Shown here: piece after piece, positions 43,813 through 54,515 of the stretch
Layout: each line of letters begins with the position of its first letter
Position numbering within the stretch: the stretch's first letter is position 1
Source of the DNA: Ascoidea asiatica JCM 7603
Taxonomy: Eukaryota; Fungi; Ascomycota
Assembly: GCA_001600695.1 (NCBI GenBank)
Contig: BCKQ01000012.1
Location: 27,440-91,439, forward strand
Direction: 5' to 3'
DNA length: 64,000 nt
The notes under the pieces: generated by a model
The model's input: only the letters and a program-made list of their open reading frames with translations
The model's database searches: none
Told to the model about the DNA's origin: nothing
Made by a program: the position numbers and the translations under genes

Positions 43813-46461
43813 ATGCTTCAATCTTTACAATCAAAAGGTTCATTCCTTTTAATTTCAAAAAGATTATTATTAAATTCAAATAAATTTTTAATTTCAAAAA
43901 ATTTTAATACTTTAACTTCAAGAAATTCTACTAATTATACCACTTATTCTAATACTTTCTATAATAATAATAATAATAATAATGTTTCAATTATATCAAA
44001 TTATTCATTAATTAATAATAATTCATTAAATTTAAGAAAATTTTCTTCAATATCTTTTCAATATAATTCTAATTCTGAAGCTGCTGCTGAAATTCCAAAA
44101 TCTGATAAATCTAATGAATCTAATGAATCTAATGAATCTAATGAATCTAATGAATCTAATGAATCTAATGAATCTAATGAAACTTCAGAAAAAATAAAAA
44201 AAAATATGGATGAAATTGAATTATTTTCTGATTTATTATCAAAAAATAATATTACAAATAAAAATATTATTGATCCATTATTAATAAAATCTTTAAATAA
44301 TTTAAATTTTATTAAAATGACTTCTGTTCAAAAAAAATCAATACCAAAAATTTTAACTACAAATACAGGTTTAGTTGCAAGAGCAAAAACTGGTACTGGT
44401 AAAACTTTAGCTTTTGGTTTACCAATTTTACAAAAAATTATTTCTGATATTAAAAATAATAATTTTAAAAATAATAAAGTTAATGCTTTAATTATTGCTC
44501 CAACAAGAGATTTAGCAAATCAAATTAAAATTGAATTTGATAAAGTCTTACATCAACATACAACTTTAAATGATGAATCTGATTATAATAATAATAATAA
44601 TAATAATAATAGAGGTAATAATAGAAGAGGTGGTAGTGGATCAAGAGGAAATTATAATAATAGAAATGGTTCAAGAAATGGTGGTTCAAGAAATGGAAAT
44701 AATAATAATTATAGAAATAGAGATCAAGATTCATTTTCAAATAATAACAATAATGGTAATCCATTTTATGATAGAAGAGGTTATAAAGATTCAAGAGAAT
44801 CAAGAAATGGTAATTTTAAAGATAATAATAATTCAAATAATAATGAATTTAAATCTTTTAAAAATATTAATGTTTTAAATTTAGTTGGTGGTGAAAGTAG
44901 AAGATTTCAATTAAATTTTTTTAGAAATTCAAAATCAATTCCACAAATTGTAGTTGCAACTCCTGGTAGATTTTTAGATTTAATTAATGAACCTGAAGTT
45001 TTAGATGCTTTTACAAATGTTAAAACTTTAGTTTTAGATGAAGCTGATAGATTATTAGATGATGGTTTTAAAGATGATTTAATTAAAATTAATAATGGTT
45101 TAATAAAATTATCTCAAGAAGAAAAAAAAAATAATGATATTGAAAATAATAATATTGAAAATTCTGATGAAAATAAAGTTAATTTTAGAACTTTATTATT
45201 TTCTGCAACTATTGATAAAAATGTTTTAAATTTTGCAAAAGCTGTACTTGGTAAAAATTTTCTTTATATTGATACTGTTGATCCAAATGAACCTGAAACT
45301 CATGAAAAAATTGATCAAACTTTATCAATAACTAATAATTATTTTGAAAGTATAATATCTGCAGTAAATTTAATTCAAAATAAAATTAATGAATATAAAT
45401 CTTTACCTGATAAAAATTTTAAACCAATAATTTTTATGCCAACTGTTAAATCTGTTCAATTTTTTCATAAAATTTTATTACAAATTATTAAAAATGATAA
45501 TAATAATAATTCTGGTAATTCAGGTAATTCAGGTAATTTAAGTTATAAAAAAGATTTTATAAAAGTTTTTCCATTTCATGGTAAATTAACTCAATTTCAA
45601 AGAGATAGAAATGTTGAAATTTTTAGAAAATCAAAATCAGATATTTTAGTTACAAGTGATGTTGGTGCAAGAGGTATGGATTTTCCAAATATTTCTCATG
45701 TTATTCAAATTGGTTGTCCAACAGAAACTGCAACTTATATTCATAGAATTGGTAGAACTGCAAGAGGTGATAAAACTGGTGAAGCTATATTATATCTTAC
45801 AAAAGCAGAAATAAATTTTTCAAAAGCTTTATCAAAAGAACGTAAAATAATTTTTAAACAAGAAGAAAGATATGATTCAAAATCTGAAGATATAAAATCT
45901 ATTGAAAAAATTGTTACAGATATAACTTCAGATGATAATAAATTTTCTGATGATGCAAATGATCAAAATAATGAACAATATATTGGTGAATTTGTTAGAT
46001 CAATGGCAGGTCATACAATTCAAATGGCTTCAAAATTTAGATTAAATAGATATGATTTAATTCAAGGTATTACAAGTTGTTATGGAAAATTTTTAAATGA
46101 TGAAAATTTAAAACCAAGAGTTTCAAAAAAATTTTGGGGTGATATTTTAGGTTTAAATCCAAGAGAAGCAAGAGATTTATTTGATATTGGAGGTAGTAGA
46201 GGTTTTCAATCTAATGATAGATTTAATTCATTTAATGAAGAATCATCTAATAAAGATTTTGGTGGACGTGGAAATAATAGAGATAGAGAAAGAGGTGGAG
46301 ATCGTAAAGGTGGATCATCATCATCATCATCATCATCATCAAGAAGAGGAGGTTATAGTCGTGGTGGTAGCTCCAGAGATGGTGGTAATTCAAGAGATGG
46401 AAATAATTATGGTAGAAGATCATCATATGGAGAAAATTCAAATGATGATTTTTCTTTTTAA
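43813..46461 (+). CDS. MSS116: Mitochondrial DEAD-box RNA helicase Mss116
   Basis: Presequence-like N-terminus; Q motif MTSVQ; ARAKTGTGKTLAF; PTRDLA; TPGR; DEADRLL; FSAT; DVGARGMDFP; YIHRIGRTAR; EPETHEKIDQ; RGG tail. Confidence 0.95.
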   Translation: MLQSLQSKGSFLLISKRLLLNSNKFLISKNFNTLTSRNSTNYTTYSNTFYNNNNNNNVSIISNYSLINNNSLNLRKFSSISFQYNSNSEAAAEIPKSDKSNESNESNESNESNESNESNESNETSEKIKKNMDEIELFSDLLSKNNITNKNIIDPLLIKSLNNLNFIKMTSVQKKSIPKILTTNTGLVARAKTGTGKTLAFGLPILQKIISDIKNNNFKNNKVNALIIAPTRDLANQIKIEFDKVLHQHTTLNDESDYNNNNNNNNRGNNRRGGSGSRGNYNNRNGSRNGGSRNGNNNNYRNRDQDSFSNNNNNGNPFYDRRGYKDSRESRNGNFKDNNNSNNNEFKSFKNINVLNLVGGESRRFQLNFFRNSKSIPQIVVATPGRFLDLINEPEVLDAFTNVKTLVLDEADRLLDDGFKDDLIKINNGLIKLSQEEKKNNDIENNNIENSDENKVNFRTLLFSATIDKNVLNFAKAVLGKNFLYIDTVDPNEPETHEKIDQTLSITNNYFESIISAVNLIQNKINEYKSLPDKNFKPIIFMPTVKSVQFFHKILLQIIKNDNNNNSGNSGNSGNLSYKKDFIKVFPFHGKLTQFQRDRNVEIFRKSKSDILVTSDVGARGMDFPNISHVIQIGCPTETATYIHRIGRTARGDKTGEAILYLTKAEINFSKALSKERKIIFKQEERYDSKSEDIKSIEKIVTDITSDDNKFSDDANDQNNEQYIGEFVRSMAGHTIQMASKFRLNRYDLIQGITSCYGKFLNDENLKPRVSKKFWGDILGLNPREARDLFDIGGSRGFQSNDRFNSFNEESSNKDFGGRGNNRDRERGGDRKGGSSSSSSSSSRRGGYSRGGSSRDGGNSRDGNNYGRRSSYGENSNDDFSF
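44110..44181 (+). repeat. (TCTAATGAA)x8 coding Ser-Asn-Glu repeat in MSS116
   Basis: Directly visible. Confidence 0.9.
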
Positions 46462-47280
46462 AAAAAGTTTTAAATCCAATCAATGATAATAGTCATTTAA
46501 TTTATGGAAAATCCTATCAAAATCTTTTTTTTTTTTTCAAACTTTTTTGTCGATTTTTAATTTTCAATTTTTAATTTGCAATAACTGTACTATTAACACT
46601 CATTATAAAACTCACTCTATTCAATTTTTCTTTTTTACTTTTTTTTCTCATCCAATATTTTATTTTATCTTTGTCTTTTAACCTTTTTTTTTTTTCTCTC
46701 TCTCTCTCTCTCTCTCTCCCTCTCTGTATTTATAAAGGTGATTATAAACCTTTCTTTATGCTTGTAAATAGTCATACCGAATAAGAGCTTGCAAAAACTT
46801 ACTCATATGATATTATGAATCAATAACTAAATAAATAAATATTATTTCTGAACATTGCTATTTTAAACCATTTGCCACTGTCAAATTCTCTTTGTGCAAA
46901 TGCCAGCAGCTGTGGAATTTTATGTATGGCCGGATCCGCGTCGCGCTGGGGCACAGTCCGTGCCACGGACACCCGGACACCCCAACCTCAACCGCTTCAA
47001 CCAAATATTTTTTAGCTTTGTTTGGTTTTTTTCCATTTCTGGCCCCAGAGAATGAACAAAATAATGAAGAGTAAAATGAGTAAATGAATAAATGAATAAA
47101 TGAATAAAATGAGATACAACTGTTATTGAATGTTTAGTTATTGCCATTGACTTTGCAATTGCAATTGAAATTGATATTCTTGTTGCTGTTGCTATTTCTC
47201 TGCTCTTTGTTTTTTTTTCAATTGAAGTTTATTTGTCTGAAATTTATCAATATAATAATTGAAAAAAGGTACTTTAAATA

Positions 47281-50200
47281 ATGGAGAATGATGAAATCAG
47301 AGTTGCAAAAATTGCTGATGTATTACAATCAAATATCACAAAAAATATAACTGAATTGATTAAGCTTGATAATGAAAATGAAAATGAAAATGAAAATGAA
47401 AATAATAATAAAGATGATCAATTGATTGATAATGAAGATGATCAAATAACTAATTCAACTGAAGAAAATATTCAAACTAAAAGAAAAGAATTATTGTCAC
47501 TTTTGATAAAGGATATTCATCAATTTCAACCATGTCCTCAATTATTAGATAAATCACTTAATTCTTATATTACTCTTCTTTCAAATCATTATCTTTCATT
47601 AATTGGTTTAAAATCAACAAATTCTCAATTAACTGAAAAATTATCTTTAAATGATCAATTAATTATACCAATAAATTCAAATAAAAAAAAAATTAATAGT
47701 AAAAAAAGATATTGGATTTCTGAAATAATTTATACTCTTTGTAAAATAAGAGGTGTTAAAACAATCACTGTTTGTCTTTCTTCTGATGTATATTTAATTG
47801 ATTCTTTACTTAAAAGATTAGAATCTTTAACTCTTCTTCAATCAATTTCTACATCAAGATCTTCTTTAAATTTAAATTCAAATAAAATTTTAAAAAATGA
47901 TATAAATTCTTCAATGTTTTTAACAAAAAATTCAAATAATCAATGGCAAGAAATTTTTTTTCTTTTACTTTGGTTATCTGTTTTAGTTTTAGCTCCATTT
48001 CCACTTTTTACAATAAATAAATCAATTCCAGAAAGAATTTCAAAAATTTGTAAATTTTATCTTTTAAAAAAATCTGGTGGTAAAGAAAATGATATTGCAA
48101 ATTTATTATATTCAAGATTTTTATCAAGAAATGATTCATCTTCATTTTCTTATTTAAATCAATTCTATACAAATTATTTATTTAAATTTAATTCAAATAA
48201 TCAAATTTTTGAAAATAAATTTAAATTTATGAAAATTAATGAAAAATTAAGTAATTTAATTGTACTTTCAAAATTATTAAAAATTTCAAAATCAAATTTA
48301 TTAAAACCTTTTTTACCTTTACATTGGATTTTAATTAATTCTGAATTTCAATCTTTAATTGATAAATCTGCAGGTTTAAATTCTTCTTTAACTGAAAATA
48401 TAACTATAATGAAATATTTAACAAAAAATATGGGTAAATTATGTCAAAATTTTATTGATATTGAAGCTGATTCAAAAATAGATTTTAAATTAGAAAATAT
48501 TGAAAATATTGAAAATATTGAAAAAATTGATAAAAATAATAAAGATGATGATTTAAAAACTAAATGTTTAGAAGAATTAAGTTCTTCCATGGATCCTTTT
48601 GAAAAAATTGAAGAAATTATTTCAAATCTTTTAAGTATCATTGGTCATAAAGATACAATAATTCGTTATTCTGTTTCAAAACAAATTTCAAAAATTACTT
48701 CTTTATTACCTTCTGATTTTCAAATTGATATTCTTAATAATTTAATTAATGAACTTGATATTCAAAAATTTAATCTTGAAGATACTTTAAAAAAAAATAA
48801 AAATTCTATAATTTTATTCACATCAAAACAAATAAATTTTGATGTAGTTTCATCTGATAAATTTCATGGTATATTTTTAGCACTTTCTGAATTAGCACGT
48901 CAAAAAATTATTCCAATTTCTTATTTACCAATTATTGTTTCTTTACTTCATAAATCTCTTTTTTTTAAACAACAAAGAATAACTTTCATTTCTGGTTCAA
49001 ATGTTCGTGATTCTTCTCTTTATCTTGCTTGGTCTTTTATAAAAAGTTATACTAAACAAAAAGAAGAAATTTCTCCTAAGATTTTATTACAATTATTTAA
49101 TGATTTATTAATTGTTGTTAGTTTTGATAAAGATTTAATGATTAGAAGAGCTGCAAGTGCAGTTATTCAAGAATTATTAGGAAGATATGGTTTAATAGTT
49201 TGGTCAAATATTATTGAAAATCCTTTATATTATGATGATGCATCTATTTATACACCTGAAAATTTAACTGAATTTAGTTTAAAATTAATTGAAATTTTAG
49301 ATTATATCAAATTAGGTAATTTAAAATCTTCATATCTTGAAATCTCATTTAATATTTTCACTAAACTTAAAATTTTTCAACAAAGTTTTATAAGTTATTT
49401 AATTAATGATGATTTTGATATTCATGGAAATGGCTTAATTGCTTCTTATAAAACTAGTTATATTTCTCAGATTTATGATACTAATGAAGGTATTAATTCT
49501 GATGATTTTGAAATTAGAAAACTTAGTTCTATGACATTGAAGAAAATGTTACAATGGAAGAAAAATACTTATAAACCTCATATTATTAGTCTTCCACAAA
49601 CAACTTCAAAAGACTCGGATAGTAAGCTTGAATTAAATGAAAATAATGAAACAGAAAAAAAATCCGAAATTAGCAAATCAAAAAAAGAAATTACAATTGA
49701 AGCTGAAAAAATTAGTCAAAAGTCTCTTCTGGATTCGGATTCTTCACCAACTAAGGAAATGCATATGGATACTGATGTTGTTGAAAAACATAATGACAAT
49801 AAATCCGAAATTATAATGCTAGGTAATTCATTAAGGGAAATTCCAACTGTTTCAGAAAATGAAAAAAAAGAACCAAATGTCTCTTTAATCGAAGTCTCAA
49901 TCCAAAAACCAGCCACAGAACAGAATTTATTAGAGGAAGTAGCAATTGTTTCTACAAAGGAAATATGCCAAACAAACTCATCTGTTATTATTGAAAAAGA
50001 GACTCCAGTGAACAGTTCTCAGCTTGAAGAGATTAATTCCGGTGTAGGGGATGTGACTTCAACTCAATCAAAACTTTCTCAAACACCATTACATGATGTA
50101 GATGGTGATCTGGGGGTTGAATCTATCTCTGATATAATTGCAAAAGAATCGAGTGGTGGAAGCACTGAAACATTGGAGAATAAAAAGACTGACGATTCTA

Positions 50201-52746
50201 GTTCCCCAAATATGAATGAGTCTGATCCAACTAATTCCGATATTCCTATACTATCTAAAGATGAAGCAACGAAATTGGTGGGAATTGAAAATATTAAAAA
50301 TGAAAGCATTATTTCTTCTTCAATAGAATCAATAAGTCCTCTTGTTGTAATATTCAATATATTGAATTTGCTTTTAATTAGATGTAAAGAAAATAAAATC
50401 GAAGGAAACTTTTATACCTTGGCAGAAATAATACCTTTAACATTTCCAGAAACCATAACATATTACAATAGTTTATCTTCTGAAACTGCCTTGGATGGCA
50501 TTGAAAATGTTTTAAGTACAGAACAGTCTACTTTCATACATTCCTTATTGGAAATTATGCTTGACCAAAAATTTGATTATCATAAAGATCCATCTTACAA
50601 AGGAGAAGAATTTATCTACCTTTTAGCCACTATTGTTCCATTTATAAATTATCTATTTTTATTTGATAATAAAGATTTATCAAAAAAACAAAATCAAAAT
50701 AAGGGAGAAGATCCTATAAGTCCAATATTATATGAATCTGTTTTCAATATTATCAGACAGAATGATACCTTTATTTCTGAAAAATTCAAATTATTCGTTG
50801 AAAATTTATCATCAATCAATTTGAAATCATCAACATTTGATAGTTCCATATTTACCAAAAAATGGTTGAAATATATTAGAAATGGTAATTTAATTAGTTC
50901 TGAAAATGTAGGCTATTTAGATCTAAGTTATATTTTTCCTTATCTTGATTCCAAGATTTTACCAATTCTTTTGGATAAAAAAGTAGATTATCAAATAAGA
51001 AAGAATTTAATATCATCTATCTCAATTGTTCTTGCAAGAGTTCAACAAGAAGAATTAAGTTCGTATAAGTTATCTCCACATTTTATGATAGAATTAATAG
51101 GTCAGCTTGATGATTATACATTAACAACACAAGGTGACGTTGGTAATAAAATTAGATTTGAAGTAATACAATTAATTTCATCTAATCTTAAACTTTTTTC
51201 CGAAGATAAAAAATTTGTAGAATTGGCTGAAAAAAAATTAATTAGACTTTCAGGAGAAGTTATTGATAGATTGAAGTTTAAATCCATGGAATTATTATTA
51301 AAGTTAAAATCTGAAACAAAGAAATTAAATTTATTTTCTTATGAATATAATTATGCAAAAATTGATAGTAAAGGATGGAATGGAAAATCATACATTGAGA
51401 TTGTTCCTGAAAATTGGATATTTGATTCTATGCTGGAATATTATAAGTTTTTACTTAATTTTTATTATGATAATTATTTGATACCAATTTGGACCATGAT
51501 TAAGAGTAAGAATAAAAACATTAATCAGGAAGAAGAACTAATTTCATTGAAAGAAATTTCAAAAGAATTTTGGAAAGGATTTGTATTTTCTTCTGGAGCA
51601 CTTCAAGCATCTGATTCTACTATTATTAATTCTTCAAATACTATGGTCTGGTTTTTAAATAAAAAAATGTCAACAGACAAATTTATTATAAGTAATATTA
51701 TGAATCATTCAAATAATGAAGATTATAAAATGGTAGAAGAGATTGAATTAAATAATATTATTAATAAAAATGAAGAACTTAAATCTATTGTTTTTACAGA
51801 TTTATTATCAATATTAAAAATTCCTTCAAGTAATGTTGTGAACTCTAAAATCAGAGTTTCCAAAGGAGGTAGAAATATTTCTGGAAGAACATCTCGTACT
51901 GATTTAGCTAGTAAGGATCAGTTGAATAATAGATTTGTTAAAGGACAATTATGTTGTTTAAATTTATTAGCAAAATTATTTGATGCAAATATCAAATTAC
52001 CAAATTACGAAAATGAATTAAAAGATGAAATTAAATTACCAGTGAAACCATTACCTAATAAATTAGAATTTTCAAATATTAAAAGTGTCTCTAGACGTTC
52101 ATCAGGTTTATTGAGACCACCAAGCCAGTTAGATCTTAAAAAGAAAAATTCCAGGAATTCATTAACACCATCATTATCAAATAATTTACCAGAAAAAAAA
52201 ATTAAAAATGAAACTGTTACAATTGTTATTCAATCACATTCTAATTTAGTTAAAGCCTTATACATTAGAACATATAATTTACATTTGAATACAACTAATT
52301 TTTTAAAACTTTCGTTGTGCCTTAAAGTTTTTCAATATTTAATTCTTTTTGAAGATTTTAAAGAAGCTTTAAAAAGATTATGTTGGTTATGTTGTAATCA
52401 TCAATTGAAAAAAATTAAATTGTTAAGTTGTGAATATCTTTATCAACTTTATTATGATAAGTTAAATTCTTTAGTAGATAATAATGATAATAAAATTATT
52501 ATAGAAGATAATAATGATAATGAAAGTATAAAAGAATTTGAACTTGATACAGATACATATTTAAATATTTTAAATGATTCAAATGAAAATCATGAAAAAG
52601 TAGATAATGCAAAAGAAGATAAAAAAAACCAACAACTTATTTCAGATCTTGAAAAAGCATTAAAGATATTATCAGATATTGATTGGAATGGAGAAGATGA
52701 TGATAGATTAAAATCATTTTCTAATAGTTTATATGTTGAATGGTAA
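47281..52746 (+). CDS. CIN1: Tubulin-folding cofactor D (TBCD/Cin1)
   Basis: FQPCPQLLD; CKIRGVKTI; LLLWLSVLVLAPF; GSNVRDS; FDKDLMIRRAASAVIQELLGR; LDDYT-x-x-x-QGDVG. Confidence 0.93.
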   Translation: MENDEIRVAKIADVLQSNITKNITELIKLDNENENENENENNNKDDQLIDNEDDQITNSTEENIQTKRKELLSLLIKDIHQFQPCPQLLDKSLNSYITLLSNHYLSLIGLKSTNSQLTEKLSLNDQLIIPINSNKKKINSKKRYWISEIIYTLCKIRGVKTITVCLSSDVYLIDSLLKRLESLTLLQSISTSRSSLNLNSNKILKNDINSSMFLTKNSNNQWQEIFFLLLWLSVLVLAPFPLFTINKSIPERISKICKFYLLKKSGGKENDIANLLYSRFLSRNDSSSFSYLNQFYTNYLFKFNSNNQIFENKFKFMKINEKLSNLIVLSKLLKISKSNLLKPFLPLHWILINSEFQSLIDKSAGLNSSLTENITIMKYLTKNMGKLCQNFIDIEADSKIDFKLENIENIENIEKIDKNNKDDDLKTKCLEELSSSMDPFEKIEEIISNLLSIIGHKDTIIRYSVSKQISKITSLLPSDFQIDILNNLINELDIQKFNLEDTLKKNKNSIILFTSKQINFDVVSSDKFHGIFLALSELARQKIIPISYLPIIVSLLHKSLFFKQQRITFISGSNVRDSSLYLAWSFIKSYTKQKEEISPKILLQLFNDLLIVVSFDKDLMIRRAASAVIQELLGRYGLIVWSNIIENPLYYDDASIYTPENLTEFSLKLIEILDYIKLGNLKSSYLEISFNIFTKLKIFQQSFISYLINDDFDIHGNGLIASYKTSYISQIYDTNEGINSDDFEIRKLSSMTLKKMLQWKKNTYKPHIISLPQTTSKDSDSKLELNENNETEKKSEISKSKKEITIEAEKISQKSLLDSDSSPTKEMHMDTDVVEKHNDNKSEIIMLGNSLREIPTVSENEKKEPNVSLIEVSIQKPATEQNLLEEVAIVSTKEICQTNSSVIIEKETPVNSSQLEEINSGVGDVTSTQSKLSQTPLHDVDGDLGVESISDIIAKESSGGSTETLENKKTDDSSSPNMNESDPTNSDIPILSKDEATKLVGIENIKNESIISSSIESISPLVVIFNILNLLLIRCKENKIEGNFYTLAEIIPLTFPETITYYNSLSSETALDGIENVLSTEQSTFIHSLLEIMLDQKFDYHKDPSYKGEEFIYLLATIVPFINYLFLFDNKDLSKKQNQNKGEDPISPILYESVFNIIRQNDTFISEKFKLFVENLSSINLKSSTFDSSIFTKKWLKYIRNGNLISSENVGYLDLSYIFPYLDSKILPILLDKKVDYQIRKNLISSISIVLARVQQEELSSYKLSPHFMIELIGQLDDYTLTTQGDVGNKIRFEVIQLISSNLKLFSEDKKFVELAEKKLIRLSGEVIDRLKFKSMELLLKLKSETKKLNLFSYEYNYAKIDSKGWNGKSYIEIVPENWIFDSMLEYYKFLLNFYYDNYLIPIWTMIKSKNKNINQEEELISLKEISKEFWKGFVFSSGALQASDSTIINSSNTMVWFLNKKMSTDKFIISNIMNHSNNEDYKMVEEIELNNIINKNEELKSIVFTDLLSILKIPSSNVVNSKIRVSKGGRNISGRTSRTDLASKDQLNNRFVKGQLCCLNLLAKLFDANIKLPNYENELKDEIKLPVKPLPNKLEFSNIKSVSRRSSGLLRPPSQLDLKKKNSRNSLTPSLSNNLPEKKIKNETVTIVIQSHSNLVKALYIRTYNLHLNTTNFLKLSLCLKVFQYLILFEDFKEALKRLCWLCCNHQLKKIKLLSCEYLYQLYYDKLNSLVDNNDNKIIIEDNNDNESIKEFELDTDTYLNILNDSNENHEKVDNAKEDKKNQQLISDLEKALKILSDIDWNGEDDDRLKSFSNSLYVEW

Positions 52747-53329
52747 TTTCAATTTATTTTTTTTTATCTATTTATTTTATTTAATTTTTATTTAACTTTT
52801 CTTAAATCTTCTTCTTATTAAATAAAATCCTTAGTTCTTTCATTATTTTTTTTTTTCTTATTATAACCATATATATTTATATTTATATTTATATATATAT
52901 AATTTGTTCATATATTTTTTTACATTTATTATTATTATTTTTTCATTCATATTACTTTTTTTTTTCATTTTCCTTTCAATAATTTCATAATCTTATTATT
53001 TTTAAAAATTTAATAAACTTTTACTTTTGTATTTATATATTGTTGTTTAGATAATACAATATATTTATAATTTGTAAATAAATTAAAAATAAATTGAATG
53101 GCTTTGATATTTTGATAGTTTATTTTTTTTTTTGTTTGATAAACAAATTAAAAATTTAACAAGTAAAATTAAGTTTATAAAAAGTGACTGTAAATTGTAA
53201 GTAAATCCAAATTTGGGATTTCTCGATTCAAAAAACAGTAATAATTAAAATTAAGGAGTAATAAAAAGAAAAGATTTAGTAAAAGATTTACTAAATATAA
53301 TTATATTTGTAACATTTTTAATTATTACA

Positions 53330-53675
53330 AATAAAAAAATAGTAATAATTATATATTTGTTGAATGTATTTATTAGTAGTTAAAAGTTATTTCAATTAAA
53401 GAAGAAGAAGAAAATGATGATAATATTAAAAGAATAAAAGAATAAAAGAAATTAAAGAGAATAATGATGAAAGGATATTAAAAAATTTAAATTTAAATTT
53501 AAATGTTAATGTTGATATCAATAAACATAAATTAAATTTAGAAGAAGTTGAAATTGAAGAGAATGAAGTTAAAAAAGATATTATGAATATTTTAAGTGCT
53601 TCAATGAATATTAAAAGTAAAGAAGAAGAAGATGGTGACGATGATGATGATGATGATGATGATAAAATAAAATAA
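53330..53675 (+). pseudogene. Possible C-terminal gene fragment (acidic tail)
   Basis: Open stretch KEIKENNDERILKNLN...VKKDIMNILSASMNIKSKEEEDGDDDDDDDDDDKIK* with stops and a frameshift upstream and no plausible start. Confidence 0.3.
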
Positions 53676-53681
53676 GTTGAT

Positions 53682-54515
53682 TTAATTATTTAAAATATTT
53701 TTAATTGAGAAATAAATTGCAGAGAATAAAAAAGATGGAATCATTATAAATTTTAAACCATTATCAATATCATTTTCAATATCTGAATTCTTAAAATTCT
53801 TAAAAGTATTAGAAGTATTGGAAGTATTAGAAGTTTTAGAAGTATTGGAAATATCTAATTTCAATCTTTTTTTATGAATTAAATTATTATTTAATTGAAT
53901 AAATTTTCTTTTTTTATTAATATTATTATTATTAATATTATTTAAATTAAAATTAGAAATTATTGGAGAAGAATTTAATTTTAATAAAGTTTTTTTATAA
54001 TTTAATTTATATTCTTTTAATTTTTTTAAATTTTTAATAGTTTCATTATAATCATTATTATTTAAGTAAGTTAAATCAGATTCAACTAAAGTTTCATCAG
54101 GATCATATTGATTATTGTTATTATAATAATTTTCTAAATTTTCTATATTTTCTAAATATTTCAAATCTTGTATGTTTTCAGGAATCCAATTATCATCTTT
54201 ATCATCTTCTTCCTGGTCATCATCATTATCTTCTTCTTCTTCTTCTTCTTCTTCTTTTTTTGGAAGTTGATTATCTTCTTCATGTTTGATTCCATTTACT
54301 TCTTTAATTTTCATCATTTTCTTCATTTCTTTTAGTTCTTTCACTTCTTTCAGTTCTTCAAGTTCATTTAACTCTTTTACTTCTTTTAGTTTATTGATTA
54401 TATTCATTTTAATAAATTCATCATCAACTAATTTAATTTTTTCATTTTTTTTAAATTCTTGATTAATTTTATATTCTTTATATAGTTTCAATTGATTTTT
54501 CTTTTTCATTTTCAT
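53682..54515 (-). CDS. Charged low-complexity protein with C-terminal hydrophobic (tail-anchor-like) segment
   Basis: 277-aa ORF; NLS-like KKRK/KKRLK; ends GLKFIMIPSFLFSAIYFSIKNILNN. Confidence 0.65.
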   Translation of the reverse strand: MKMKKKNQLKLYKEYKINQEFKKNEKIKLVDDEFIKMNIINKLKEVKELNELEELKEVKELKEMKKMMKIKEVNGIKHEEDNQLPKKEEEEEEEEDNDDDQEEDDKDDNWIPENIQDLKYLENIENLENYYNNNNQYDPDETLVESDLTYLNNNDYNETIKNLKKLKEYKLNYKKTLLKLNSSPIISNFNLNNINNNNINKKRKFIQLNNNLIHKKRLKLDISNTSKTSNTSNTSNTFKNFKNSDIENDIDNGLKFIMIPSFLFSAIYFSIKNILNN

